Below, one piece after another: positions 1 to 13,810 of a stretch of 64,000 nucleotides of DNA. A program made the position numbers and the translations under genes. The DNA comes from the human T2T-CHM13v2.0 reference genome, Homo sapiens. Below the pieces are notes generated by a model that was not told where the DNA came from, made no database searches, and saw nothing but the letters and a program-made list of their open reading frames with translations. Where the stretch lies: assembly GCF_009914755.1 (NCBI RefSeq), contig NC_060940.1, one strand, 5' to 3'. Each line of letters starts with the position of its first letter. Position 1 is the first letter of the stretch.

Positions 1-486
1 CAACAAGCAAAGTTTAGTTAGTACCTTGGATTCTATAGTCACATGTTTGGAAGTCAAAATTGCTGAAACTCTCTATTAGCCTCTGAAGATCTAATGACTA
101 CATATTTTCCCCCCACAATTAATACTTTAGAATAAAAAAAATCAGAAAGGTGGCTAACAAATCTAATCCCTTTTTAGTCCGAATTAATAAGCTTTTACGG
201 TATTAGGAACTTATGATACAAAAATCATTTTATAAGCTACTAAGTTCTAATCTGCTTGAAAGTAGAATCTCTTCCTATCCTTACTCTAGCCTCTTTCTTC
301 TTCTAATGCTCTGCCTGTAACAAATCTCCAGCCGGCAACCTCCTCCTGTTTCAGCTTAGCTGGCCCCCTCCTGACACAGTCATTTTAATTTCCATCTAAT
401 AGTTTCCCAAATTTCTTCTCATGCCTCAGCTACATTCTTTACTAGTGCTTTGGCTGGTTATATTTTCATACAAATTAATACTGTGA

Positions 487-748
<262 letters not shown>

Positions 749-904
749 GAGTCTCTATTTTTTAAAACAACACTCAAATGACTCATTATCAGGTCATTTG
801 TATATACTTCACAGATTATCTATTTGGGGGTATTTTAAGTGTGTGTTTGCCTAACTGGCCCCCGTGCAGTCTCCCCATAAGTCTTTGGATTAAATGAAAA
901 ATCA

Positions 905-1015
905 TTCATTTCTGTATCTCCAGTGCCCTATACAATGTCTGACAGGTAGTAAAGGTTCAATCACGATTTTGTTTTGTTTTAAGCAAATATTTGTTGAGTA
1001 AATAGACGATGGATG
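905..1015 (+). mobile_element. L2 3'-end fragment
   Basis: ctgtatctccagtgccc...caaatatttgttgagtaaat resembles the L2 3' terminus. Confidence 0.55.
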
Positions 1016-1124
1016 GGCAGAGGAAAGACTTGGCTTTTAATAAAAGAGGATTGTTGGGAAATTTAATGATTCAGGAAAGGACCGTCTATCTTTCACAATG
1101 CCACCAGTGATTTTTCTAAGGCAG

Positions 1125-1470
1125 TTTCACAGTCTTTTATCCAAACTTCTTTGGAGTAGTTGTAATTTAGGCTTCAGAACTTAGAAGATGGGGGCAGTTT
1201 TAGAAAGGTAATATGAAACATATATGTGTTATATAGTATGGATCAGCAAGAGTAGGATAATGTCCCAAAATCAAATAAATTAACATTTCTGTATTAAAAG
1301 AGATAAACACTAACAATAAATAAAAATTTAAAATAGGCTTATATCAATTCAAGTGCAGCTTTGTAGGCAAACGAGTTTACTGTGAATTTATGGAAAAACA
1401 AACAAACAGACAAAAACCATCTGTTTTGAGAGCCTCTTGAATTTTGGAATTGTGGGTAAGAGAGCACCTG
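1125..1470. mobile_element. MER46C-like non-autonomous Tigger (TcMar) element
   Basis: Recalled consensus blocks appear in the expected order: ttatccaaac, ttttagaaaggtaata, aatcaaataaattaacatttctg, ttttggaattgtgggtaagag. Confidence 0.65.
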
Positions 1471-1699
1471 AGAGCACACTCGATCATCTAAGAAATTTTC
1501 CATTGCTTATTGCAGAAGTTGCAAACTGTTGGCCTGGATCTGAAATCGTGTGCACAGACATGGTTTTCTTTGCCCTATATAAAGAGAGAGTCTTGTGTTT
1601 AAATAAATAAGTAAATAAATAGTAGGTAAAGTTGGAAAATTAGAAAATTTCATGTTAAAAAATTATACTTTGAAAATTTCAAGTGTTTAACAATAGATC

Positions 1700-1875
1700 T
1701 TAATCCAATTCCTGAGCAATTTAATTAACTTTGTTAGTATTAGTTTCCTCATCAAAACAATAAGAATGGTAATAGCTTTCATGTAGGTTCTTTTTGAAGA
1801 TTAATTGAGAAAAGCACACTGAAATTTTAGTGGAGTCTAATTATTCAACAATGGTTACTGTTGTTTCATTATTGT
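1700..1875 (+). mobile_element. MIR
   Basis: agtttcctcatc core, then gaagattaattgaga. Confidence 0.6.
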
Positions 1876-2114
1876 TGTTTAAGTGAAGTCTTTAGTCAGT
1901 TTCCCATCTTGTTTTATGTCACAGACTTTACGTAAGTTATAATTTTTGTATGACTCTTGGCTTAAACTGTAGATGTGTTGGAGCATGTGAGAAAAATGCG
2001 TTTTCTTAAAATGAGGTAATTATGATGATGAAATAAAACAAAAATTAGTAAAGTTTTAAAATACTGAACATAAAGATTAAATGAGAAGTTGGACTTGCTT
2101 TTGTGAATGTAACT

Positions 2115-5100
2115 ATTTATTTATTTGTAATACTTTTTGTTTGGAGACAACTGTAGATTCACATGCAATGTAAGAAATAATACAGAGAGATCGTGAGTAC
2201 CCTTTTACCCAGTTTCCTCCAATAGTCACTTCTTGCAAAACTATAGGACTGTATCTCAACCTGGATACTGATTTGATGCAGTCTGGATGCAGAACAATTT
2301 ATCATTTTGAGCTTTCACATAGCCAAGCCTACTTCTCTACCATCTAACCTCCTCTTGAGTCACTGGAAACCACTACACTGTCTTCATTTCTATAATTTTG
2401 TGATTTCAAAAATGTTATATAAATGGAATCATGCAGTATACAACCTTTTGGGAATGGCTTTTTTTCGCTGAGCATAATTCTCTGGAGAGTCACCCAGTTT
2501 GTTGCACATATCAGTAGTTTGTTCCCACTTACTGTTCAGTAATGTTCCTTGGTCTTGGGCGTACTGCAGTTTGTTTAACCTCTCACCCATTGAAGGACAT
2601 AATGTTTCCAGAGCTTGGCCATTAAAAATAAAGTTCTGATGAACATCTGTCAACAGGTTTTTGTGGAACCTGTCTTAATTTCTCTGGGATAAATGTCCAG
2701 GATTGCAAATGCTGGCTTGTATTGTAGTTGTGTGGTTACATGTTAAGAAACCACCAAACTGTTTCCAGAGTGGCTGTACCATTTTACATTCCCACCAGCA
2801 ATGAATGATGATCCAGGTTCTTCACATCCTTGCCAGTATTTGGCATTGTCACTATGTTTTGCTTTGGCCATTCTGATAGTTGTTTAGTGATACTGAACTG
2901 TTGCTTTAGTTTGCAAGTTCCCTGATGGCTTATGGTGTTGACCATCTTCGCCTGTGTGTATTTGCCATCACTTTATTATTTAATCACCACCACCAAAACC
3001 ACCATTGCCATTAGTTCATCATTTCATTAGTGAAATGTCTCTTCAAGAGTTTTATCCATTTTCTTATTGGACTGTGTTGTTTTGCCTATTGCATTTTGGG
3101 AACTCTTTATATACTCTAGATACCAGACCTTTGATGGATTGTGTGGTTTGTGAATATTTCTCCCACTCTCCAACTTGTCTATTCATCTTCTTAACAGGGT
3201 CGTCTGTGGAGGAAAAGTTTTAAATTTTGATGAAGCTCAATTTATTGATTTTTTTAAATAGATTGTGCTTTGGATGTCAAGTCTATAAACTATTTGCCTA
3301 TCCCTAGACGTTAAAGACTTTTCTCCCAGGTTTTTTCTTTTTTCAAAAAGTTGTACAGGTTTACCTTTTACATTTAAGTCCATGACTCATTTTTATTTAA
3401 TTTTGTGTGAAATGTGAGACTTAGATCAAGATTGATACACTTATTCCTTCCTTCCATCGATCCTCTCTCCCTCCCTCCCTCCCTTCCTTCTTCCCTTCCT
3501 CCCTTCTTTCCTTTTTTTTTTTTTTTTTTTGCCCATTGATGTCCAGTTTTTCTAGCACCCATTTGTTGAAAAAAAATCTTTCTTTTATTACATTACTTTT
3601 GTACTTTCATAGAAATATCACTTGATCATATTTGTGTGGGTCAATTCTGGGGCTCTCTGTTCTGTTCTATTGACCTGTGGCTCTATCTCTTGGCTTGTAT
3701 CACATAGTCTTGAATACTGTAGCTAAATATTGTCTTAAAATTGTAGAATGATCTTTCCAAATACACTTTCTTTTTAATAATTATTTAAGCTATTCCAATT
3801 CATTTGTCTTTCCATATACATTTTAGAATAATATTTTATTTATCTACAAAATATTTGCTGATATTTTTAATGGGAATTGCATTAAACCTGTATATATATT
3901 TGGGGAGAAATAGTACCTTTACAATGCTGAGTCATCCTTTCTTCTTTTATTTAGATCTTCTTTTATTTCTTTCATCAGTATTATATAGTTTTTAGCATAC
4001 AAGTCCTGTACTTATTTTGTTTGATTTACACCTAAGTATTTTATTTTTTGAGTGATGTAAGTGGTATTGTATTTTTAATTTTGGATATCAAAATGTTCAT
4101 TGCTAGTTTGTAAAAATACATTTTTTGACATTTACATTATTCATATGACCTTGCTGAGCTTACTTATTAGTTCTAGGAGTTTTTGTAGGTTCCTCATGTT
4201 TTCTACAAAGGCCATGATGTCATCTGAAAATAGAAGCAGTTTTATTTCTTCCTTTCAATTTGTATGTATTTTCTTTTCTTTTCTTGTTATACTGATTAGA
4301 ATTTCTAGACTCTGTTGAAAAAGAGTAGTGAGAGTGTCCATCTCACATTGTTCCTACATGTAGAGGGAAGCACTCAGGTTTTCACTGATAAAAATAATAA
4401 TAAGTATTGTTTTTTTGATAGGTGCTCTTAATGAGTTGAGGAAGTTTCCTTCATATATTTTAAAGCCTTTATAAATACATGTTTAATTTTGTCCAGTTCT
4501 TTTTCTTTATTAAGTGATGTGATCATATGGTAGATTACACTGATAGATTTTAAACCAGCCCTGCATCCCTGGAATTAACCCCGTTTGATCACGATGTACA
4601 CTTTTTAAAAAAATATATTGCCAAATTCTATTTTGTTAAGGATTTTTGAATTTATATTCATTAAGAATAGGGGTCTGCAGTTTTTTGTTTTGTTTGGTTT
4701 GGTACAGCCTTATGCAACATTTACAACAAAAATTTGGGCAGTGTTTCCCCCTTTTCTACTGTCTGGATAAGATTGTGTAGAAATGTTAGTTCTTCTTTAA
4801 ATGTTTGATAGAATCCTCCAGTGAACCCATCTAGATCTGGAAATTTCTATTTGGAGAGTTTTAACATTACAAATTTGAGGAAGCAGTCAATTTTATCTAA
4901 GTTGTCAAATTCGTGTGTAGAGTTGTTTGTAGTATTTCATTGTGATCTTTTTGATATGTGCAGGACTTATATTCTTGTTTCATTCCTGACATTGGCAATT
5001 TATGTCTTCTCTTCTTTTTTCTCTGCTAATCTTGCTAGAGTTTTGTGGATATTATTGATGTTTTCAAAGAGCCAACTCTTCATTTCATTGATTGTGTCTA

Positions 5101-5232
5101 TTGTTTTTCTGTTGTTAATTTAATTGATTTGTGACCTTGTCTTTATTGTTTATTTCCTTCTTCTTGCTTTGGGGTTATTTTGCTTTTAAGGTTCTTGATG
5201 TGGGAGCTTGGATTATTGATTTAAGACTTTTC
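2115..5232 (-). mobile_element. Ancient L1 (L1MC1/2-like), 3' UTR plus degraded ORF2
   Basis: Begins with the antisense L1MC 3' end (gtagattcacatgc...aagaaataatacagagagatc...cccagtttcc). Continues as T-rich antisense ORF2 (gtggctgtaccattttacattcccaccagcaatg; ccagccctgcatccctggaattaaccc). Confidence 0.88.
3445..3530. repeat. Polypyrimidine tract: (TTCC)/(CCCT)n plus poly-T
   Basis: Read directly; lies inside the L1MC element. Confidence 0.9.
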
Positions 5233-5410
5233 CTGCATCTTTTGACATTTATGGATTTCTAGCTTCTTTAGCTCCAAACCAAGAAGTGCCTTGTTACTGC
5301 TGGATGGAGATAAAAGTCCTGGTTCCTTACCTGGCCTCCTTTGATAACCCTGGATGGGGTTGTTGGGGCACCTTTATACCATCTTGCAAGGGTGGAAGTC
5401 TTGGCTTCCC

Positions 5411-5961
5411 TGTTGAAGTTGGAGGACCAGTCCAAACTGAGCCTACTCTGTTGATAACAAAACAGTGAGTTACCTTATAGGTATAACAGAGCCCAAAACT
5501 GTGAGTCATGAAGCCCAGGCATGAACAATGAAAAACAAACAAACAAACAACAACAACAAAAAAACACCTTTGACCTCTAACAACACCCAGAACCAACAAT
5601 TCCCCCCTCAGAACCAAGAAGATTAGGATATGACCAGAAGTTCAATGCTGGAACTCTTTCAGAAGCAAGTGTTCCATTGGCCCGGAAGATTCAGAACTAA
5701 AATCTGCCTCAACAAATCTTACTGTAAATGGTCGAATTTAAAGGACTTCAATCAGATTCAGCCAAGCCATCATCCTTAAATCCTTTGCTCTATGATCCTT
5801 TGAAACTTGCCCCAGACACCAAATTGAGGAGACAGATTTGAATCTGACCCCTATCTCCTTGTGGGTTGGTTTTGCAATTAAACCTTTCTTTTCTCAAAAG
5901 CTAGTACCATAGTTATTGGCTTATGTGTGCATCGGGAAATGAGACCATTTGCTTGATAACA
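5411..5961 (+). mobile_element. ERV1 solo LTR, MER67-like
   Basis: TGTTG...TAACA termini, ~550 bp, ATTAAA signal near the 3' end, 3' block ccatagttattggct...catcggg...ccatttgct. Confidence 0.7.
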
Positions 5962-6034
5962 ACATTTGCTTGCATGAGTGGGAGTGTGTGGCCAGGCCAC
6001 ACTTTCATCAGTGGTGTGACCAAGACAACTTAGT

Positions 6035-6992
6035 GTTTCCCTCTCCTTGACCAAATTTTAGACAGGCTTTTTTCCTGCCTTTATGCTACTGGCCTCCCTC
6101 TCCTTAGAGCATTTACTTTAAAAAACTTGTAATACTTTGCTCTGCCTCTCTGAGATGTACATTTTTTAAAAGCCTTTTGCCAGTTTTACAACCCAGAAAT
6201 CTTTCTTCAGGACCTGGGGACCATCTCTTTGAAAGGTAAACTTGGAGGGAGATTTTACATGGATCTCCCGATCTCTGGTGGAGGAATGGGAGCAGGAGAA
6301 CTTCCATAGGCACCAATTAGCAAACACAGATGGCCTAATTCCAGAGAAGAACATTTGCAAATTCAGGAATAATTCAATGTGCTCTACAGGTTCTGTTGAT
6401 CAACCTCTTCTCAACATATCGCATTATGTTTCTACTTTCTCACCCCAGTGCTTAAAAACCATCATGCTTTTTGTTTAAGTGGAGGTGAGTTTAGTTCTTC
6501 CCCCTGTATTAGTCTGTTTTGCATGGCTCTGAAGGAATACCTGAGACTGGATAATTTATAAAGAAAAGAGGTTGTTTTGACTTACCGTTCTGCAGATTGC
6601 ACAAGAAGCCTGATGCCGGCATCTGCTTCTCATGAGGCCTCAGGAGGCTTTTACTCATGGCAGAAGGTGAAGTGGGAATAGGCATGTCACAAGGTGAGAA
6701 AGGGAGCAAGAGAAAAAGGGGCAAGGAAGAGAGGAGGAGGTGCCATGCTCCTTTAAACAACCAGCTTTTGTGTGAACTAACAGAATGAGAATTCACTCAT
6801 TACTATGAAGAGGATGCCAAGCCATTCAGGAAGGATCTGTCCCACCCTTCCCATGACCCAAACACCAGGCCCTACCTCCAACACTGGGGATCACATTTCA
6901 ACATGAGATTTGGAGGGGACACACATCCAAACAATATCAGTCCCCTATTGGAATAGTCATGAGTTTGTTTAGCAGAATGTTTACTTTTAACA
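6035..6992 (+). mobile_element. ERV1 solo LTR, MER31-like, split by an MST LTR
   Basis: ctctccttgaccaaattttagacaggc, gccagttttacaacccagaaat, caccaattagcaaacacagatggcc; resumes after 6939 with tcccctattg(g)aatagtc. Confidence 0.7.
6505..6939 (-). mobile_element. MaLR solo LTR, MSTB-like
   Basis: tgtattagtctgttttgca...ctgagactggataatttataaagaaaagagg...catttcaacatgagatttggaggggacacacatccaaacaatatca. Confidence 0.9.
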
Positions 6993-7292
6993 AGTGTGTG
7001 ATTGGAGTGGTGTGACTACTGTCTAATGGTTTTTGTCTTGCTCAGATGCCCCTTTCCTGGTCTGCTGGCTGGAGAGAATGGGAACTTTTTCAAGCTTTTT
7101 TGTTTGTCTGCACCTTTTGGCATCTCTGGATTTCTGGTTTCTTCAGCCCCAAACCTGGCATATATGAGCCAAAAAGAAAAGCCACGGAACTCACTACTGT
7201 GTTGTTCCTCAAGTCTCATGATCTTTAGTCAGTCTGCCTCCTTCTCTCCACTATTCAAAGTCTTCTGTTTGTTTTAAACATATTGTCCAGGG

Positions 7293-7650
7293 TCAGTCCA
7301 GGCTGCTATAACAGAGTATCATAAACTGAGTGGCTTAAACACAGAAATTTATTTTTCACAGTTCTGAAGGCTGGGGAATCTGAGATCAAGGTGTTGGCTG
7401 ATCAGGTTTTGGGCGAGGGTCTGCTTTTTTGTTTGCAGATGGCTGTCTTCTTGTATCCTCACATGGCAGGGAGCAGAGAAAGAACCAAGTTTTCTCATGT
7501 ATCCACTTATAAGGGCACTAATCCCATCATGAGCCTACCACACTTATGACCTCATCTGACTTTATTACCTTCTGAAGACTCCGCTTCCTGATACCATCCC
7601 AGAGTTTCAACATATGAATTCCGAGGGACACAAATATTCAGTGCATAGCT
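7293..7650 (-). mobile_element. MaLR solo LTR, MLT1A0-like
   Basis: ggctgctataacagagtatcataaactgagtggcttaaac...ttataagggcactaatcccatcatg...gggacacaaatattcagtgcatagc. Confidence 0.85.
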
Positions 7651-10059
7651 GTTGTACTTGGAGGAATAGAGGGGAAAACCCCACCTCTCTGCTTCATTAT
7701 TCCAGAGTGAAATTCCTAACTCTTTATTTTTTTTACATCGCTTTTGTTCTTCAGATAGCTACTTGACCTCTTCAAACTCTTGGAAGTTGTCATTAAGAGA
7801 GGAACTTCATTCACATAAGTGATAACGTAAATTTTTTTTATAGTCATTCAAAAATTTGTGGCACTTGACATTACATTTAAGGAATCAAACTGCTTTTTCT
7901 TATCTTTCATAGCTAAATGTAATGTTGAAACAAGTTATCATAATGGGAATGGGTTTAGAATTTAATCAAACTTTTTCATGTCAAATATTTCAAAACCCTG
8001 ATGAAGCCATAATTTGTAGAGTATGTCCCTTTTACTAAAACAGTCATCTGGAAGTTAGCTTGTATGCTGCAAAAACAAACAAACAAAACAAAATAAATGG
8101 ACAGAAATGAAAGAAATATGAGAAGACAGTTTTTGCCCTGCCTCCTGGAGCTACTCCTTTTCAAAGTCCCTACTTGGCTTGGTGATCTTTTCCCCAACAT
8201 CAACAGACCACACTTGAGCCCACCTGCCATGTTCTGTGGGTGCCTGGAAAAAAGTCTCCTTCAGCAGTTCATCAGACACAATTTCCAGAAATCCAATAAT
8301 AATACATTTGCATCTGACTGTTGACATATTTGCCCAGATGATGGAGGAACTCCTTGGCCACCTGCAGCATGCCATGTTGGGTAGTACCAGGTGATGCTCA
8401 CCGGATCTGTCAGCTTAGTGAGTTGGAGGAAGGAGAACAGTCAGATACCACTCAGCTAAGGCCAGACTCCCAAGAGCCCTAGAAAAGACTACTCATGGAG
8501 GAAAGTGACCTGCTAGGAAGCCTGATGACCTCTGGTCATTTCTGCTCCTGTGGAGGCTGAGGTGATCAATATCTCACGGAACACCTGTAACCAATTTGCT
8601 GCACATCAGTTGGGAAGCGTTTCCTTAAGTGCAGACAGAGGTTATGGCTTCTTCACCTTACTCTTCTCTCCAGCTGGTACCACAATGCCAGGAGTCTGGT
8701 AGTGGTGATCAATAAATGATCATTAAATAAATTTACAAAAAATGGATGTAGTCACCTCTACGTTTTCTATGCCCTGGATAGACAGGTCGTTTTAACCTTT
8801 TATTATTTGTAAAAGTCTCCCAATAAAAAGAAGTTGTTACGATGAAAATAGATTTTTTTTAAAAAAAAGATAAATAACCATCTTCCTATTTGTCAAGTTT
8901 TAGAACATCCATATCCAGGGAAGAATGGAAACAATATCAACTAAATTGCCAGACCAATATATTTCAGCTTTTAGTAACATAGAAAGCATAGATTCCATCT
9001 CAGTACCTAAAATGAGAGGTACTTTGAAATTTCTCTACTGTGCACAGATGTATTCTGCAGTTGTATACATCAAACACTAGGCTGACAGCTCACATCACAG
9101 ATGTTTCAAAACAAACAAAAGGCAAATGCGATTTGATTATTTGTTTATTTCTGAAAGTTCTAAGAACAATGCACTGACACTTCATTCGGCTAACGGGAGA
9201 AAATAAAAGACGCCGCCTATACACCATTTCCCATCTCAAATGGGCACGTTTTCCACTGTGCCTGTTTTCTCTTGTGACTGCTCTACATTTCCTTGAAACA
9301 CATCCCCAGTCTGTTCTTCTAAAACTGGTATTTCTTAAAAAGCTCAGCTTCAAAAATGTCAGACATAATGAAAAATGAAAATCACAAAAGAGAAAGTTGT
9401 TCACAGCCACTCCCCTGGGGTTCCCTCATGTTTCCGGGTCACCATGCTGACTCTCCATGTGTTAGAAATAACATCCGTAGTGTACTTAGCAGGTAACTCT
9501 TGTGATCAGGGTCAGAGTGGTTTCCAAATAAACAAAGCCAACCCTTTCCTTGAAGACAATGCACCATCTGTTCAGAAATACTCTACAGCATCTACCAAAG
9601 CAGTTCCAAAAGAAGTTCTTATCTCAAAGTATAAGAAAAGGAAAGCTCCTTTGGAAAAATTATAAAAGCATACATCATTTTCATCACCTGGGGCTAGAGC
9701 AGATGAAGAATATGGGAGCAGAGACCTTCCCATAAGCAAAAGGAACTTGGGTGAACTACAGTCTGCAGGAGTGAATAAGCACTCAGGCTCTGGTGAATTG
9801 AGGACCTGTAAGATCCAATCAAGATAGAGGAGAAACAAATGGCACAGAATCATAGTAGGTTAAAGTCAGAAATCAGCTTTAGAGTTTATAAAATTTACTC
9901 CTGTCTTTTAAAGATGAAGCATCTAAAATAGACAAATAACCTGCACCAATTTTAGCCCCTAGATACTTCTATGCTTATATTATTAACATTAATATCACTG
10001 ATAATCTTAGCTATGGCTTATTAATCATGTGCTATTTGTGCCAATAAATAGCACAAGTA

Positions 10060-10258
10060 TGCTACTTATTAGCTAGGTTACTGTGGCCAGACTATATCAT
10101 GAATATCTCTCAGATGCAGTTCCTTTATTTGCAAACTGTGTGAAATAATACTCGTTTTCTCCTTGGTGGTGATTGCAGTTAAGTAGAGAATGCAGGTAAA
10201 AAGCTTAGCACAGAACCAGGCATTTTGTAAATAATCCACCAATGTTAGTTACAATTAT
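10060..10258 (+). mobile_element. MIR
   Basis: tgctacttattagct...aaagcttagcacagaaccaggc...aatgttagtt. Confidence 0.65.
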
Positions 10259-11014
10259 TTAATCAGTTATAATGAACACTCTTTTCATTTCCTACCTGCT
10301 GAAAAGGAGGATAATCATATGCCTAACTTCTGAAAGTCCTCAATATCAGGCATTGGCAGCTTTTGTGCAGAGCTATAGATATATCTGACAGTATTGGACT
10401 TTGAATCCAATTGGTATAATACTTTAAATATCGAATATAGTGAATATTAGTATAGTATAGTTGATGTCCTATATATTATGCATCTATCAAAATTTTCCTA
10501 GCTTTATTGATTGTTATTGCTTCTGCTATAGATTCCTCCATCTTGACATTTGCAACAGACCCTATAGTATCTGTGTTTCTCCTAATTCTCAAAATCATAC
10601 TGTGCAGTGATTTTATAAAGGGAACTCACACAGAGAAGAAACACCAGGCAATCAAGTCAAATACAAACTTGCACTACTTCCAATAAGTAGCCTCAATGGC
10701 CAAATGCCCTTCACAGCTTTTTAGAGGACCATTCTGTTTGCCAGCTTTGTTCCTAACTGTTTCATTTGAGAACATCCATGGCATATGAGTGAGCTGTTGG
10801 CATGCCTGAATATGATCCTGAGTGTCAAAGGCTAGGTCCTTCCTAGGGTTTGTCTCAGATGTCGGTTTGGTTTGGAATATCCTGGAGGAAAATGACCACC
10901 ATTTCCTAACTGAATTATGTGGTGAAATCCAGAAAGTGCACCATTTGGCAATGCTAATTAATGAGTTTTACCTCAGTATGACCTATATAAACAGATGGTG
11001 GGCATGCCAGGAGC

Positions 11015-11476
11015 TGTGATGGCTCAGAGATTTTTATTCTCCACAAAAGCTAACAAGTTAGTTTGCTAGTTTCAGAGATGCTGGTAGAAGATACAGACTT
11101 CTGGGCCAGAGGCAGAGGACTTTATTACTCACAGCATAGTAGGCAGCATACACTTCACGGTGACAGTGTTTTCTCTTGCCCCCACATGCCATGGGATGGG
11201 GCAGAGGTGGGCCAGCTGAGAAACCTGAGCTTGGGAAAACATCCAGTCTTCTAAGAGCTGATGGTGGGAGGTGCTAACAGACCTGTCCAAACTTTGTCCC
11301 AGAGACCTTCTGCTCAGGCATCAAATCCACCATTTGTCTTAGAGGGAGATACTGTCTTTATCTTCCCAGACTGTTTGCTAAAGTGTCTTTGGAAAGATTA
11401 TTTAGAATTAAAGCTCTCAGTGCCATTGCTTGCAAACTGGGAGAGACACAGAAACCCATGGAGAATTGTCTTTCAG
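11015..11476 (-). mobile_element. ERVL solo LTR (MER74/MER54/LTR53 group)
   Basis: Reverse complement starts tgaaagacaattctccatgggtttctgtgtctc...ggcactgagagc...gcaaacagtctgggaagataaagacagtatctccctc, typical of this group. Confidence 0.7.
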
Positions 11477-11719
11477 TAGGGACTAATACAGTGTGGTTTT
11501 GTGAAAGCGACTCATTTTTGCCTCCATGGACAGGATGAGATGGAGATCTAAGAGCAGTCACTTCCATTTCATGTTTTACATAGAGGATTTCTCTGTAAGC
11601 TTTCACTTAGAGAAAGATTTCCACGGTTAAAACCAAACCAATCTAGGAAACAGAAAAAAGCTCAAAAGAAAATAAAACAAACATGCAATATGACATTATT
11701 GTGGAGAAAGGCAATGATT

Positions 11720-11900
11720 AGCTATGGGTTAAGAGGATTGTGTAGTATAGAGTCTCACACTAATGTGTGATGGTGAACATATTGCTTAAGCACTAAGAGA
11801 CTCAAATTTATTTGTAAAATGGTGCTAATAGCAATGTCTATCACACAAGGTAATTGGAGAGTATGAAAAAGATAATGTATTGGATTCTGACACATGGCCT
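11720..11900 (+). mobile_element. MIR
   Basis: tttgtaaaatggtgctaatagcaatgtctatcacacaagg core. Confidence 0.5.
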
Positions 11901-11921
11901 CCAAAAATAGTGCCTCCTTTC

Positions 11922-12403
11922 TGTGGGAGACACCGTTGGCTCACTGTTCAGATATTCTGGGATCCCTTTTATCTATTTGATGCATACATCCACCTGCTGC
12001 TGTAGGTAATACTGTGAAGGGCTCACCCCCATGTCTTTCTCAGAGAGCTGTTCTTGGGTGATTGGACAGCCTTTCCTGATTGTATCTTGGACTTATGTTA
12101 TCTTCCTGCCCCTTGACTAATGGTCGATTATGGCAAGGATTCAAAACTCCAGCTCCCTTGCATCAAGGTGGGAAAACCTCTGCAGTGCAGTTTATACCCT
12201 AGAGCTCCTAGATCAGGCTGAAGTTAGACTTCACCGCTAAGCACATCTTTGCTTAGTTTCTTCTCATTCTCCATCTTGTACCCCTTCCTTCCTTATGCAT
12301 CTCTCCTTGAGAGCACTCCCTTAATAAACCACTAATTTATTAATAAATAGAGAACATGAATAACTCTCTCATGTTCTGTTTCCAGGAGAAGTTGCCCTAA
12401 GAC
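11922..12403 (+). mobile_element. ERVL solo LTR, LTR16-like
   Basis: tgtgggagacacc...ccagctcccttgcatcaaggtgggaaaacctctg...gagcactcccttaataaa...cctaagaca. Confidence 0.8.
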
Positions 12404-12679
12404 ATTATTCAAGCATTGTGTCCATGTTGACACAAATTCTTCAGTGTTCAGCTCTACTAGAGAAATTTATATTCTGATTTCCTCCATTACTGGAGATGAA
12501 AGACATATCCCTTCCTCTGTACTCATTTAAAACAAGAAATATTTCCCCAACCTAAATATATTGAAAGAGAGTAGAATATTGTAGCAGGGCAATCAGGGGG
12601 CATATAGTTTTCTTTATTTTGTTGACCCAGATCTGTAATTAGCACTTTAATCTGTAATCAGCACTTTATTTTGTTTTAT

Positions 12680-12688
12680 ACACACACA

Positions 12689-12722
<34 letters not shown>
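12680..12722. repeat. (CA)n microsatellite
   Basis: Read directly. Confidence 0.95.
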
Positions 12723-12724
<2 letters not shown>

Positions 12725-12917
12725 TTCTGCTATAAATGTCTATTTTAAAATGTGAATTTGTTCCAACATCATTGATATATTAGGGAACAATTTGAGCAAG
12801 ATGTGAAATTTGTGTTTGCTTATGTTCAATTTCATCCCTGAGAAACACTAGTTGAATTCAGGAAACTACACTGAGCTGACCTGAGTCTTGCAGGGATAGA
12901 AAAAAATGCGTGCACCT

Positions 12918-12920
<3 letters not shown>

Positions 12921-12970
<50 letters not shown>
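12921..12970. repeat. (CA)25 microsatellite
   Basis: Read directly. Confidence 0.95.
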
Positions 12971-12971
<1 letters not shown>

Positions 12972-12978
12972 CCCCTCT

Positions 12979-13642
<664 letters not shown>

Positions 13643-13810
13643 CCCCTCAGACAGTAGACCAGTTACCTTGATTTGCTGTACATGTTGTCTTATAATGTTG
13701 CCTTTTGCTCTTCTTTTGCATTTATGAGCTTTTTTATATCAAAAAACAAAACAAAACACTCCCTCAATATGCCAAACGTGTTTCAATGTAATGGGTCAAA
13801 ATTACCAGCA

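Larger units (their letters stand above)
5281..7716 (-). mobile_element. L1M 5'-region fragments (L1MCa/MDa-like), interrupted by four LTRs
   Basis: Pieces at ~5281-5410, 5962-6030, 6995-7292 and 7650-7716 resemble antisense old-L1 5' UTR (gatgcccctttcctggt; gaactcactactgtgttgttcctc). Confidence 0.55.
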
